Below are positions 54,390 to 63,616 of a DNA stretch of 64,000 bases, one piece after another. The DNA lies in the NCBI GenBank assembly GCA_964509895.1, contig CAZDZJ010000006.1, positions 2,523 to 66,522 of the forward strand. Direction: 5' to 3'. The notes under the pieces were generated by a model. It was not told the DNA's origin. It saw nothing but the letters and a program-made list of their open reading frames with translations, and made no database searches. A program made the translations under genes and the position numbers. The stretch's first letter is position 1; each line of letters begins with the position of its first letter. Source of the DNA: an uncultured Gemmatimonadota bacterium. Its GTDB lineage: Bacteria; Gemmatimonadota; Gemmatimonadetes; Palauibacterales; Palauibacteraceae.

Positions 54390-55709
54390 TTGGCTTCGAC
54401 GGCTTCAGCTGCGGTGGCGTTCGATGTCCGCGAGCACGCACTCGACAACGGGTTGAGGGTCGTGCTGCAGCCCGATGCGTCCGCTCCCCTCGTCGCCCTT
54501 CATGTCATGTATCATGTGGGATCGAAGGATGAGCGCGCGGGCCGGACGGGCTTCGCCCACCTCTTCGAACACCTCCTCTTCCAGGGATCCGAGAACATCG
54601 CGAAGGAGCAGCACTTCAAGCTCGTCCAGGACGCCGGCGGCACCCTCAACGGGACGACGTGGTTCGACCGTACGAACTACTTCGAGACTTTGCCCGCGAA
54701 CGAGCTCGACCTCGGCCTGTGGCTGGAGTCCGACCGCATGGGGTTCTTCAAGCCGGGGATCACGCAGGAAAAGCTCGACAACCAGCGCGAGGTCGTGAAG
54801 AACGAGCGGCGGCAGTCGTACGAGAACCGCCCCTACGGCCTCGCCTTCGAGACCCTGCTGGCGCGCGCCTACGACGAGGGTCATCCCTACCGTCACCCGA
54901 CCATCGGCTACATGTCCGACATCGACGCGGCGCGCCTCGAGGATGTCCACGAGTTCTTCGACCTCCACTACGGGCCGAACAACGCGACCCTCGTCCTCGT
55001 CGGCGATTTCGATCCGCGGGAGGCGATGGAGCGCGTCGAGGCCTGGTTCGGGGAGATCCCCGCGAGACCCCTGGCCACACGCCCCGACGTACCCGCGCCG
55101 GAGTGCGGGGGCGAGCGGCGCGCGGTGCTCCGGGACCGGGTCCAGATGCCTCGCGTCTACCTGATGTACCATTCGCCGCGCTACGCCGACCCCGACTTCG
55201 AGGCCGTCGTCACGCTCAGCTACCTGCTGGCCGACGGGAACAGTTCCCGCCTGGAGAAGTCCCTCGTGTACGAGAAGCAGGTCGCGGCCGAAGTGACCGC
55301 CTTCACGTGGCCGACGGAGAGCGTCGGGATGTGCCACGTCGTCGCCACCGCCCGGCCCGGGGTCTCGCCCGGCGACCTCGAGACGGACGTGAGGGGCGTC
55401 ATCGATGACCTGCTCGCCGGCGGGGTCGAGGACGAAGAACTCGAGGGAGCGCGCAATCGGGCCCGGCGAGGGCTCCTGAACGGGCGCGCGGGTTTCGGCG
55501 ACCGGGCGGACGCGATCGCGCACGCCGCCGTGCTCCGCGGCGACCCCGGGTACGTGAACGATGCCTTCTCGCGCTACGGAGCCGTGACCCGCCGGGATGT
55601 GGAGCGCGTGGCCCGCGACGTATTCGACCCGGACGGCCTCACGGTCCTGCAGGTCGTTCCCGACGAGGGGGCCGGTGCGGAGGGCGGGGCGGAGGGGACG
55701 CCGCGATGA
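54390..55709 (+). CDS. M16 family zinc peptidase (pitrilysin/insulinase type, catalytic subunit)
   Basis: Inverted zinc motif in GFAHLFEHLLFQGS (HxxEH), followed by the NGTT..D.T.Y block. TTG at 54390 lies after GGAAGGGAGAGG. Confidence 0.9.
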   Translation: MASTASAAVAFDVREHALDNGLRVVLQPDASAPLVALHVMYHVGSKDERAGRTGFAHLFEHLLFQGSENIAKEQHFKLVQDAGGTLNGTTWFDRTNYFETLPANELDLGLWLESDRMGFFKPGITQEKLDNQREVVKNERRQSYENRPYGLAFETLLARAYDEGHPYRHPTIGYMSDIDAARLEDVHEFFDLHYGPNNATLVLVGDFDPREAMERVEAWFGEIPARPLATRPDVPAPECGGERRAVLRDRVQMPRVYLMYHSPRYADPDFEAVVTLSYLLADGNSSRLEKSLVYEKQVAAEVTAFTWPTESVGMCHVVATARPGVSPGDLETDVRGVIDDLLAGGVEDEELEGARNRARRGLLNGRAGFGDRADAIAHAAVLRGDPGYVNDAFSRYGAVTRRDVERVARDVFDPDGLTVLQVVPDEGAGAEGGAEGTPR

Positions 55710-57067
55710 GCCCCCGGACCGCCGCCCCCGACCGCAGCGCGCGCCCGGCCCCGGCCGCTCCGCGCCCGCTCCACCTCCCGTCCTTCGAACGCCACACGCT
55801 CCCCAACGGCCTCAGGGTCGAGCACGCCGAGCGCCGCGGGCTGCCCGAGGTGTCGCTGCACCTCGTTCTCGAGTGCGGCGCCGGCGCCGAACCGGCCCGG
55901 CTTGGCGGACTCGCCGAGCTGACCGCCCGGCTCCTCACCGCCGGCACCCCCGGCCGCGACGCCATCGCGATGGCGCGCTGGCTCGACCGCCTCGGCGTCG
56001 GCTACCGCTCCACGGCCGGCTACGCCGTAGGGGCCATCTCCATGCACTTCCTGTCGGAGGTGTTCGAGGAGGCCCTCGACTTTCTTGCCGCCACCGTGCT
56101 CGGCTCGGAGTTCCCGGAGCACGAGGTCGAACGCATACGCGGCGAGCGCATCGATGAGATCGAACGCCAGGCCGATGATCCGGCAACCGTCGCCGGCCTC
56201 GCCACCATCGCGGCACTCTACGGTGACCGCCTGTACGGCCGCCCGGTCGCCGGCACGCGCCCGACCGTGTCGGAGATCGACGCCGGCGCCGTGCGGGAGT
56301 TCCACGAGGCGCGGTATCGCCCCGGCGGCGCCCTCCTCATCGCGTGCGGCGATCTGGACCGGGAACATCTCATCTCCGCGGTGGAAGCGCGTTTCGGAGC
56401 CTGGCGCGGGGAGACCGGCCGCGTCCCTCCCCCGAAAGCCCCCGAGCCGCGAGCGGGCGATCTCATCCTCCTCGACCGGCCCGGAAGCGCCCAGAGCGAG
56501 CTCCGCGTGGCGACGATCGGGGCGCCCTACAACACCCGGGACCATCACGCGATCGTCGTGGCCAACGCGATCCTGGGCGGCCTCTTCAACTCCCGCATCA
56601 ACCTCAATCTGCGCGAGGACAAGGGGTGGACGTACGGTGCGAGAACGAGTTTCCGGTTCCGGCGCGGCGCGGGGCCCTTCGTCGCGCGCACGGCCGTCGA
56701 GGGCGGCAGGACCGGACCCGCCTTCGAGGAGATCCTGCACGAGATGGAGAGGATGCGCAGCACCCTCGTCACCGCCGACGAGATGACGCTGGCCCGCAAC
56801 GCCCTCACCCTCTCGCTCCCGCTCCAGTTCGAGACCGCGGCGCAGATCTGCGGGAAGGTGAGCCGTCAGCGCGTGTTCGGGCTTCCCGACGACTACTGGG
56901 AGACCTACCGCGCCCGCATCGAGGCCGTGACTCCGGAGAACGTGCGGGAGGTATGCCGCACGTACCTCGATCCCGGGCGCCTCACCCTGCTCGCCGTCGG
57001 CGACGCGTCGACCGCGGTGCCCACCCTGGCCGGCCTGGGGCCCGTGGATGTCCGCCCCGCCTCATGA
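55706..57067 (+). CDS. M16 family peptidase-like protein, non-catalytic partner subunit
   Basis: ATG overlaps the preceding stop (ATGA). It has the M16 fold pattern (LPNGLRV....., peptidase_M16_C-like middle), but the HxxEH position reads GLAELTARLL with no His. Confidence 0.85.
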   Translation: MSPRTAAPDRSARPAPAAPRPLHLPSFERHTLPNGLRVEHAERRGLPEVSLHLVLECGAGAEPARLGGLAELTARLLTAGTPGRDAIAMARWLDRLGVGYRSTAGYAVGAISMHFLSEVFEEALDFLAATVLGSEFPEHEVERIRGERIDEIERQADDPATVAGLATIAALYGDRLYGRPVAGTRPTVSEIDAGAVREFHEARYRPGGALLIACGDLDREHLISAVEARFGAWRGETGRVPPPKAPEPRAGDLILLDRPGSAQSELRVATIGAPYNTRDHHAIVVANAILGGLFNSRINLNLREDKGWTYGARTSFRFRRGAGPFVARTAVEGGRTGPAFEEILHEMERMRSTLVTADEMTLARNALTLSLPLQFETAAQICGKVSRQRVFGLPDDYWETYRARIEAVTPENVREVCRTYLDPGRLTLLAVGDASTAVPTLAGLGPVDVRPAS

Positions 57068-57684
57068 CGGCCCCCCGCGATGACGGCCGGGTCCCGGGCC
57101 GCGTGCATGGGGAGCGCGTCTACTCCGGCCGCAGGATCGATGTCGACGTGGACCGCGTGCGCTTCCCGGACGGATCCACCGGCCGACTCGAGCTGATCCG
57201 CCACCCCGGCGCCACGGCCATCGTGGCGCTCGAGCTTCCCGCCGCGCGCGGCGAAGCCTCCGACGGCCCCTCCGAACCCTTCGTCACGCTCGTGCGGCAG
57301 TACCGGTACGCCGCCGGGGGGTTCATCTGGGAGGTCCCGGCGGGGGTCCTGGAGCCCGGCGAACCGCCCGAGGCCTGCGCCCTCCGCGAACTGGAGGAGG
57401 AGGCAGGACTGCGCGCCCGCCACCTGGAGTTGCTCGCGTCCGTACATACGACCCCGGGTTTCACGGACGAGGTGATCCACCTCTTCGCGGCGTGGGGTCT
57501 GGCGGCGGGGGAAGTGAATCACGAGGAGAGCGAATTCATGGACGTGCATCGGCTACCGCTGCGCCGTACCATCGAGATGATCGACGCGGGAGAGATCAGC
57601 GACGGGAAGACGATCTGCGCGCTGACCCTGGCCGCGCGGTGGGTGGATCGCCGGATGGACCCAAATCGCGGCAGCGGGGTTTAA
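57064..57684 (+). CDS. NUDIX hydrolase (ADP-ribose pyrophosphatase type)
   Basis: ATG at 57064 overlaps the preceding stop (ATGA). Nudix box GVLEPGEPPEACALRELEEEAGL. The N-terminal pattern (Y.G....V....V..PDG....E...H.GA) resembles NudF. Confidence 0.85.
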   Translation: MTAPRDDGRVPGRVHGERVYSGRRIDVDVDRVRFPDGSTGRLELIRHPGATAIVALELPAARGEASDGPSEPFVTLVRQYRYAAGGFIWEVPAGVLEPGEPPEACALRELEEEAGLRARHLELLASVHTTPGFTDEVIHLFAAWGLAAGEVNHEESEFMDVHRLPLRRTIEMIDAGEISDGKTICALTLAARWVDRRMDPNRGSGV

Positions 57685-57714
57685 CTCGGCCAACCTGGCT
57701 GCAAAGGGAGCGGC

Positions 57715-58371
57715 ATGGACACGAAGCCGAGCCTCGAACTCTCGAGGCAATACGCGGCGCCGGACGATAGGGAACCCCTCAGGCGCGGGGAGTTGAAGCG
57801 CCTCGAGGATGCCGAACTCGTCGCCCATTACCTGGGAGGCCAGCGCTTCGCGTTCAACGAGATAGCGGACCGCTACCAGGACCGCCTGCTGAACTTCATC
57901 TACCGCACCATCGGAGACCGGGACCGTGCCGAGGATCTCGTGCAAGAGACCTTCGTGCGCGTCTACCGGCACCTCCACCGGTTCGACCCCGCGCGGAAGT
58001 TCTCCACCTGGATCTATACGATCGCCAGCAACCTGGCGAAGAACGAATTGCGGAACCGGGCGCGCAACCCGCTGGTGCTCTTCCATTCGCTCAGGAAGAG
58101 TTGGGAAGCCGACCACCGGCCGCTCGAATTCGAGGATACGGCCTACCGGCCCGACGACCTGTTCCGCAAGCGGCGCGTGCGCGAACACGTCGAGGCCGCG
58201 GTCGCGGAACTTCCCGAGCATCACCGTGTTGTATTCGTGTTGCGTGAACTGGAAGGGAAGAGCTACGAGGAAATTGCGGAGATCACGGGGGTGACGCTGG
58301 GGACCGTCAAGTCGCGCCTCAATCGGGCGCGGAACCGGTTTGCCCGAATCATCGCCCCCATGCTCGACTGA
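57715..58371 (+). CDS. ECF-subfamily RNA polymerase sigma-70 factor
   Basis: Region 2 (DRAEDLVQETFVRVYRHLHRFD....FSTWIYTIASNLAKNELR) and region 4 (LPEHHRVVFVLRELEGKSYEEIAEITGVTLGTVKSRLNRAR). ATG follows AAGGGAG. Confidence 0.92.
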   Translation: MDTKPSLELSRQYAAPDDREPLRRGELKRLEDAELVAHYLGGQRFAFNEIADRYQDRLLNFIYRTIGDRDRAEDLVQETFVRVYRHLHRFDPARKFSTWIYTIASNLAKNELRNRARNPLVLFHSLRKSWEADHRPLEFEDTAYRPDDLFRKRRVREHVEAAVAELPEHHRVVFVLRELEGKSYEEIAEITGVTLGTVKSRLNRARNRFARIIAPMLD

Positions 58372-58467
58372 ACCCGGAGCCCGGTCCGACGGCCGGGCCG
58401 CCGGAGGGAACCCTGGCGCGCGGTGCAGAGCAGACAGGGCCGAACGGACGCATTACGAGATGGTGCA

Positions 58468-59043
58468 ATGATGGTTTGCAAAGAGTTTATCGAGCGATAC
58501 ACCGAGTATGTCGACGGTGCGGTGGCCGCCGCCGAGCGCCGTCGCTTCGACGCGCATCTGGATGGCTGCGGGGCGTGTCGGCGCTACGAGCGCGTCCTGA
58601 CCCGCGGACTCGCCGTCTGGCGAAGTCTCCCTCGCGCCACCACCTCTCCGGATTTTCTCCCGCGCCTGCAGCATCGCCTCTACCACGTCGACGAGCCTAG
58701 GAAGCGATCCTGGCGCGGCCAGCTCGGCCGGGCCGCGGTCATCGCCGTGGCGTCGGCGGGGCTCTTTACGCTCGGCGTGTCGAACGGAAGCCAGCCCATG
58801 CTCGTTGAAGTGCAGCTTCCGACGATGCTTGTGGATGTGCCCGCGGAAACCGTCGCCGAGCGTCAGGGGAGCCGCTTCGACGACGGTCCGTACGTGCCGA
58901 GTTCGTTCCTCGTGCCGTTCGCGCCCGCGCTCGATGACGGGGGCGGCCTGTTCGGTTCGACGTACGCCATGCCGATTGCGACGGGCGACTCCAGCTCCCT
59001 GCCTGCCGAGCGGCGCTCGGGTCAACTCGACGAGTCTCGCTGA
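58468..59043 (+). CDS. Anti-sigma factor (zf-HC2 type, single-pass membrane)
   Basis: C.EF...Y..YVDG........F..HL..C..C is the H-x3-C-x2-C zf-HC2 motif. It has one TM segment (AAVIAVASAGLFTLGV). Start chosen at the ATG at 58468 rather than the GTG at 58423. Confidence 0.78.
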   Translation: MMVCKEFIERYTEYVDGAVAAAERRRFDAHLDGCGACRRYERVLTRGLAVWRSLPRATTSPDFLPRLQHRLYHVDEPRKRSWRGQLGRAAVIAVASAGLFTLGVSNGSQPMLVEVQLPTMLVDVPAETVAERQGSRFDDGPYVPSSFLVPFAPALDDGGGLFGSTYAMPIATGDSSSLPAERRSGQLDESR

Positions 59044-59083
59044 CGCACTCCCGCCGCCCGCCGCGCGGGCCTCTCCCGGCGCG

Positions 59084-60094
59084 GTGAACGCGCCCCTCGG
59101 CCCGAGGCTCTCGCGAGTCCTGGGCAAAGGCCCCCCTACCGGCGCCTGGTTCCTGCACGGTGACGCGATCCGACTGAGGGATGAAGCCGCAAGGCAACTC
59201 GTCGAGGCCGCGGTCGACCCGGCCACGCGCGACTTCAACTACGACCAGTTTCAGGCGGAGGACGTGACGGACGAGCAACTCGCCGCCACCCTCGCCATGC
59301 CCCCGATGATGGCGGAACGCCGCGTCGTCTTCGTGCGCGACGTCGAACGCCTGGGGACGAAGGCCCGTGCGGTCCTGCAGCGGGCCGTGGCGGCGCTCCC
59401 CTCCGACATCGCCCTCATCGTGACGGCGCGCATCCCCAAGGGGTCGCGCGCGGCCCTCTACCGCGACCTCAGGAAGAGCTGCCGCACGCTGGAGTGGAGC
59501 ACGCCGCGACCGGCGGAAATACCCGGCTGGATCCACGACCGGGCACGCCGCCGCTGGAAGCTCGACCTCTCGCCGGCGGCCGCGCAGTGGATCGCCGGAG
59601 CCGTCGGGTCCGACCTTTCGACGCTCGACGCCGAACTCGAGAAGCTCGCCTCGCTCCCCTCCGACCGCCGGACCGACGCGGACATTCGAGCCGTCGTTCC
59701 CCGGACCCACCGAATCGATCGCTGGAGCTGGCTCGACCTCGTCGCGTCGCGCGACTACGGACGCGCCTTGCGCGAGTTGGACGACGTGCTCACATCGGAA
59801 CGGGGGGTCGGGCTGGTTGCCGGACTTGTGGAGCATCACCTTCTGCTTGGTTTGGCCCTTGAAACGGGACCCGCCGGTTTGCGGGCCACTCTGTCGGAGA
59901 CCGGGCGCGGCTATCTCTCCTGGAAGGCGAACGCCTACGCGAAGCAGGCGAGGGCATGGACCGTACACGAACTCGATCACGCACTGCGGGCGCTCCACCG
60001 CGCCGACCGGCACCTCAAATCGGGGCGGAGGGATGGGGCGGTTCTCGCCGAGACGCTCCTCGAACTGGGGCAGGCGCGCGCCGCCCGAAGATGA
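59084..60094 (+). CDS. holA: DNA polymerase III delta subunit
   Basis: The pattern FLHGD...L.......L........FNYDQF.....T..QL......PPMMAERRVV.V and the later LS.L..ELEKL are typical HolA. GTG at 59084 is the first plausible in-frame start after the anti-sigma stop, so the start is inferred. Confidence 0.82.
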   Translation: MNAPLGPRLSRVLGKGPPTGAWFLHGDAIRLRDEAARQLVEAAVDPATRDFNYDQFQAEDVTDEQLAATLAMPPMMAERRVVFVRDVERLGTKARAVLQRAVAALPSDIALIVTARIPKGSRAALYRDLRKSCRTLEWSTPRPAEIPGWIHDRARRRWKLDLSPAAAQWIAGAVGSDLSTLDAELEKLASLPSDRRTDADIRAVVPRTHRIDRWSWLDLVASRDYGRALRELDDVLTSERGVGLVAGLVEHHLLLGLALETGPAGLRATLSETGRGYLSWKANAYAKQARAWTVHELDHALRALHRADRHLKSGRRDGAVLAETLLELGQARAARR

Positions 60095-60939
60095 ACCGGC
60101 GGATCCGGAACCGCCGCCGCCCGCCGCGCCGGCGGCGCGGGGCCGCCCGTACGCCGGCGCTCCTCGCCGGCCTCCTCTCCGCGGCGCTTGCCGCTCCCTC
60201 CGCCGCGCAGACGGTCCGGGCCGCCCCTCCCGTCGATCTGGGCATCCTCGAAGCGCGGATCGAATCCGGAACCCTCGCGGGGGCGGCGGAGGCGATCGAG
60301 AACTGGCTCGCCACGCACGCGCCGGGCGCGGCTCGCCCGGAGGTTCGACGCGCGCGGTATCTGCGGGCCCGCCTTCTCGCCGATCCGGATTCCGCCCGCG
60401 CGGAGCTCCTCTCCATCGCGAGGGACGGCGGCGGGCGCTACGGGGCCCGGGCGTGGCTTCGGCTCGCGCAGCTGGATCTGTCGCTCGGCGAACCCGCCCG
60501 CGCCGCCGCGGACCTGGAACGCTTGCGGGCGGACCATCCGCAGAGCCCCGAGGCGGTCGAGTCCTGGTACTGGACCGGGCGCAGCTTCGAGGACCGGGGG
60601 CTCCTGGACCGGGCGTGCGAAGCGTGGACACGGGCGGGCGCGGAGGGCCGGCGGGTGGGGGCCACGGAGAGCACCCTCCTCGCGGAGGCCGCGTCGTCCG
60701 GCTGCGCCCCGGGCGCCCCCCGGTTCGCGATCCAGGTGGCCGCCTTCTCGCGCCCGGAGCCGGCGGAGGAGATGCGCGCGCAACTCGAAACGGGCGGCTT
60801 CTTCTCCCGGGTCGCCGAATACGGCGGACTGCACCGTGTCCGGGTGGGCCGCTTCTCCCGGCGGGAGGCGGCGGAGAGTCTCGTTCGCCGGTTGCGGGAC
60901 GCAGGCTTCGATCCCGCCATCGTCCCCGTCGTATCATGA
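60091..60939 (+). CDS. SPOR-domain protein with TPR-like helical region (secreted or membrane-anchored)
   Basis: ATG at 60091 overlaps the holA stop (ATGA), followed by an Arg-rich N-region and signal. The C-terminal FAIQVAAFSRPEPAEEMRAQLE.GGF..RV.....LHRVRVGRF..R.EAE.L..RLR..G is a SPOR peptidoglycan-binding domain. Confidence 0.8.
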   Translation: MNRRIRNRRRPPRRRRGAARTPALLAGLLSAALAAPSAAQTVRAAPPVDLGILEARIESGTLAGAAEAIENWLATHAPGAARPEVRRARYLRARLLADPDSARAELLSIARDGGGRYGARAWLRLAQLDLSLGEPARAAADLERLRADHPQSPEAVESWYWTGRSFEDRGLLDRACEAWTRAGAEGRRVGATESTLLAEAASSGCAPGAPRFAIQVAAFSRPEPAEEMRAQLETGGFFSRVAEYGGLHRVRVGRFSRREAAESLVRRLRDAGFDPAIVPVVS

Positions 60940-60946
60940 GGCAGGC

Positions 60947-63616
60947 ATGACGCCGCCCCCCGCCGCCCCGGACCCGCACACGCCGCTCATCCGGCAGTAT
61001 CTCGACATCAAGGCGCGCCACCCCGATTCGCTGCTTTTCTTCCGGGTCGGCGATTTCTACGAGATGTTCTTCGAGGATGCGGAGGAGGGAAGCGGGCTCC
61101 TCGGCCTCACGCTCACCGCGCGCAACAACGGCGGAAAACGGGACGTTCCCCTTGCGGGCGTCCCGGTGAAGGCCGTGAACGAGTACGTCTCCCGCCTGCT
61201 CGAGCTGGGCCGTCGGGTGGCGATCTGCGAACAGCTCGAGGATCCGTCGGAGGCGCAGGGGATCGTGCGGCGGGACGTCGTCGAGATCATCACGCCGGGC
61301 ACCATCCTCGAGGACAGGCTCCTTGCCTCCGGGCGCAACAACTATGTCGTCGCGATCGCCGGCGAGGCGCCGTTCGGGCTCGCGATCGTCGACCTGTCCA
61401 CGGGCGAGTTCGAACTCCGCGAGACGGCCGCGGCCGACCTCCGGGACGAACTCGGGCGCCTCGAGCCGGCCGAGATCGTGGTCCCGGAGGAGGGTGTGGC
61501 GCCGCCCGGACCCTGGCATCTCACCCGGCGGCCCGCGTGGCGCTTCGACCCGTCGCTCGGCGACGAACGGCTCCGGGAATGGTTCGGCGTCACGTCTTCC
61601 GGCGGTTTCGGCCTCGATCCCGCGCGAGATCCCCTGCTACTCTCCGCCAGCGGCGCCCTGCTCGGCTACCTGGACGAGGTGCGGCCGGCCGGGCTCGATC
61701 ACCTGCGGCCCCCGCGCGTCGACCGCGCCGGCCGCGTGATGTACCTCGACGAGATGACGCGGCGGAATCTCGAGCTCGTGGAACCGCTGCGTCCCGGCGA
61801 AGGAGCGTCGCTTCTGGCGCTCCTCGACCGCACGAGGACGCCCATGGGAGCGCGCCTGCTCCGCCGCCGCCTCCTGCGGCCGCTCGTCGTCGCCGACGAA
61901 ATCGCGGTCCGGCTCGATGCCGTGCAGGAACTCGTCGAGGGGACGGAGGGCCGCGAGCGCCTGCGGAGCGCGCTCCGTCCCATCCGCGACCTGGAGCGGC
62001 TCGCGGCACGCGTCTCGACCGGCCGCGCGTCGCCCCGCGAACTCCTCGGCCTCGGCCTCTCGCTCGATGCGTTGCCGGGGCTGGCCGCGGCTCTCGCGCC
62101 GCTCGAAACCGGCCGCCTTGCCGCGCTTCGCGACGGCTTCGACCCCGTCGAGGACGTGGCGGCCCGGATCTCGCGGGCCATCGACCCCGACACGCCCCAC
62201 GCCCTCAAGGACGGCGGGGTGATCCGGGCCGGCTTCTCCGCGGAACTCGACGAACTGCGCGGCATGCGGGGGAACGCCGTCGACTTCATCGCCGGCATGC
62301 AGGTGAGAGAACGGGAGCGCACCGGCATCGACACGCTGAAGATCGGGTTCAACAGGGTCTTCGGATACTATCTCGAAGTCACGCGCTCGAAGCTCGACCG
62401 CGTGCCGGAGGCGTGGACCCGTCGGCAGACCCTCACCAACGCCGAACGCTATCTCACGCCGGAACTCAAGGAGTGGGAGGCGAAGGTTCTGGGCGCCGAC
62501 GACGAGATCGCGAGACTGGAAGCCCAGCTGTTTCAGTCGGTGCGGGACGCCGTCGCCGCCGAGGTCGGGCGCATCCAGGCCGTTGCCGCCCAGATCGCGG
62601 AGATCGACTTCCTCGCCTCCCTGGCCGAAGTCGCCGTGGCCGAGGACTACGTGCGCCCCCGGCTCAGCGACGACATCGTCTTCGATATCGAGGAGGGCCG
62701 GCACCCGGTCGTGGAAACGACCGTCGCCCGGGACACCTTCATCCCGAACGACATGCGGCTCGACGAGGAGCGCCGGACCCTGATCGTGACCGGTCCGAAC
62801 ATGGCCGGGAAGTCCACGGTGCTGCGGCAGGCGGGATTGATCGCCCTCCTGGCACACATCGGTTCGTTCGTCCCCGCTCGCCGCGCCCGCATCGGCGTGT
62901 GCGACCGCGTGTTCACGCGCGTGGGCGCGAGCGACAACCTCGCGGCGGGGCAGAGCACCTTCATGGTGGAGATGACGGAAACCGCGACGATCCTGCATGG
63001 CGCAACGGAGCGCTCGCTCGTCCTCCTCGACGAGATCGGGCGGGGCACGTCGACGTATGACGGCCTCTCGATCGCGTGGGCGGTGACGGAGCGGCTGCAT
63101 GAACTCGGGGCGCGGACGGTGTTCGCGACCCACTACCACGAACTCGTAGGCCTCGCGGAGTCGCTGCCCCGCGCGGCCGCCTTCAACGTCGCCGTGCGGG
63201 AGACCGGCCAGGACATCGTGTTTTTGTACCGGCTGCAGCCCGGGGGGTCGGACCGCTCGTACGGCGTACACGTAGCGCGGATCGCGGGCCTGCCCCCGGA
63301 GGTCGTGGGGCGGGCCGCCCGCATCCTGCGCGTGCTCGAGAGCGGGCCCTGGGGCACGGGCGGCCGCGGCGCCGCGCTCGTCGAGGCCGGGATGGGGCAG
63401 CTCTCCCTCTTCGAGGCCCCCGCGCCTCGTGCGGCGGGCGACCCGGCCGCGTCCGGCGCGGCGGCGACCGCTGACGCCGCGCACATCGCGGCGGCCCGGG
63501 CGCTGCTCGAGAGGCTGGCCGGACTCGAAGTCGATGGGCTGACGCCGCTCGAGGCGCTGAACACGCTGGCCGAATGGAAGGCGTTCAGCGAGGCTGCAGA
63601 TGCCGATCAGGCGTAA
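60947..63616 (+). CDS. mutS: DNA mismatch repair protein MutS
   Basis: TPLIRQYLDIKARHPDSLLFFRVGDFYEMFFEDA (mismatch-binding domain), Walker A TGPNMAGKST, STFMVEM.E.A.IL, LLDEIGRGTSTYDG and ATHYHEL. Confidence 0.96.
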   Translation: MTPPPAAPDPHTPLIRQYLDIKARHPDSLLFFRVGDFYEMFFEDAEEGSGLLGLTLTARNNGGKRDVPLAGVPVKAVNEYVSRLLELGRRVAICEQLEDPSEAQGIVRRDVVEIITPGTILEDRLLASGRNNYVVAIAGEAPFGLAIVDLSTGEFELRETAAADLRDELGRLEPAEIVVPEEGVAPPGPWHLTRRPAWRFDPSLGDERLREWFGVTSSGGFGLDPARDPLLLSASGALLGYLDEVRPAGLDHLRPPRVDRAGRVMYLDEMTRRNLELVEPLRPGEGASLLALLDRTRTPMGARLLRRRLLRPLVVADEIAVRLDAVQELVEGTEGRERLRSALRPIRDLERLAARVSTGRASPRELLGLGLSLDALPGLAAALAPLETGRLAALRDGFDPVEDVAARISRAIDPDTPHALKDGGVIRAGFSAELDELRGMRGNAVDFIAGMQVRERERTGIDTLKIGFNRVFGYYLEVTRSKLDRVPEAWTRRQTLTNAERYLTPELKEWEAKVLGADDEIARLEAQLFQSVRDAVAAEVGRIQAVAAQIAEIDFLASLAEVAVAEDYVRPRLSDDIVFDIEEGRHPVVETTVARDTFIPNDMRLDEERRTLIVTGPNMAGKSTVLRQAGLIALLAHIGSFVPARRARIGVCDRVFTRVGASDNLAAGQSTFMVEMTETATILHGATERSLVLLDEIGRGTSTYDGLSIAWAVTERLHELGARTVFATHYHELVGLAESLPRAAAFNVAVRETGQDIVFLYRLQPGGSDRSYGVHVARIAGLPPEVVGRAARILRVLESGPWGTGGRGAALVEAGMGQLSLFEAPAPRAAGDPAASGAAATADAAHIAAARALLERLAGLEVDGLTPLEALNTLAEWKAFSEAADADQA

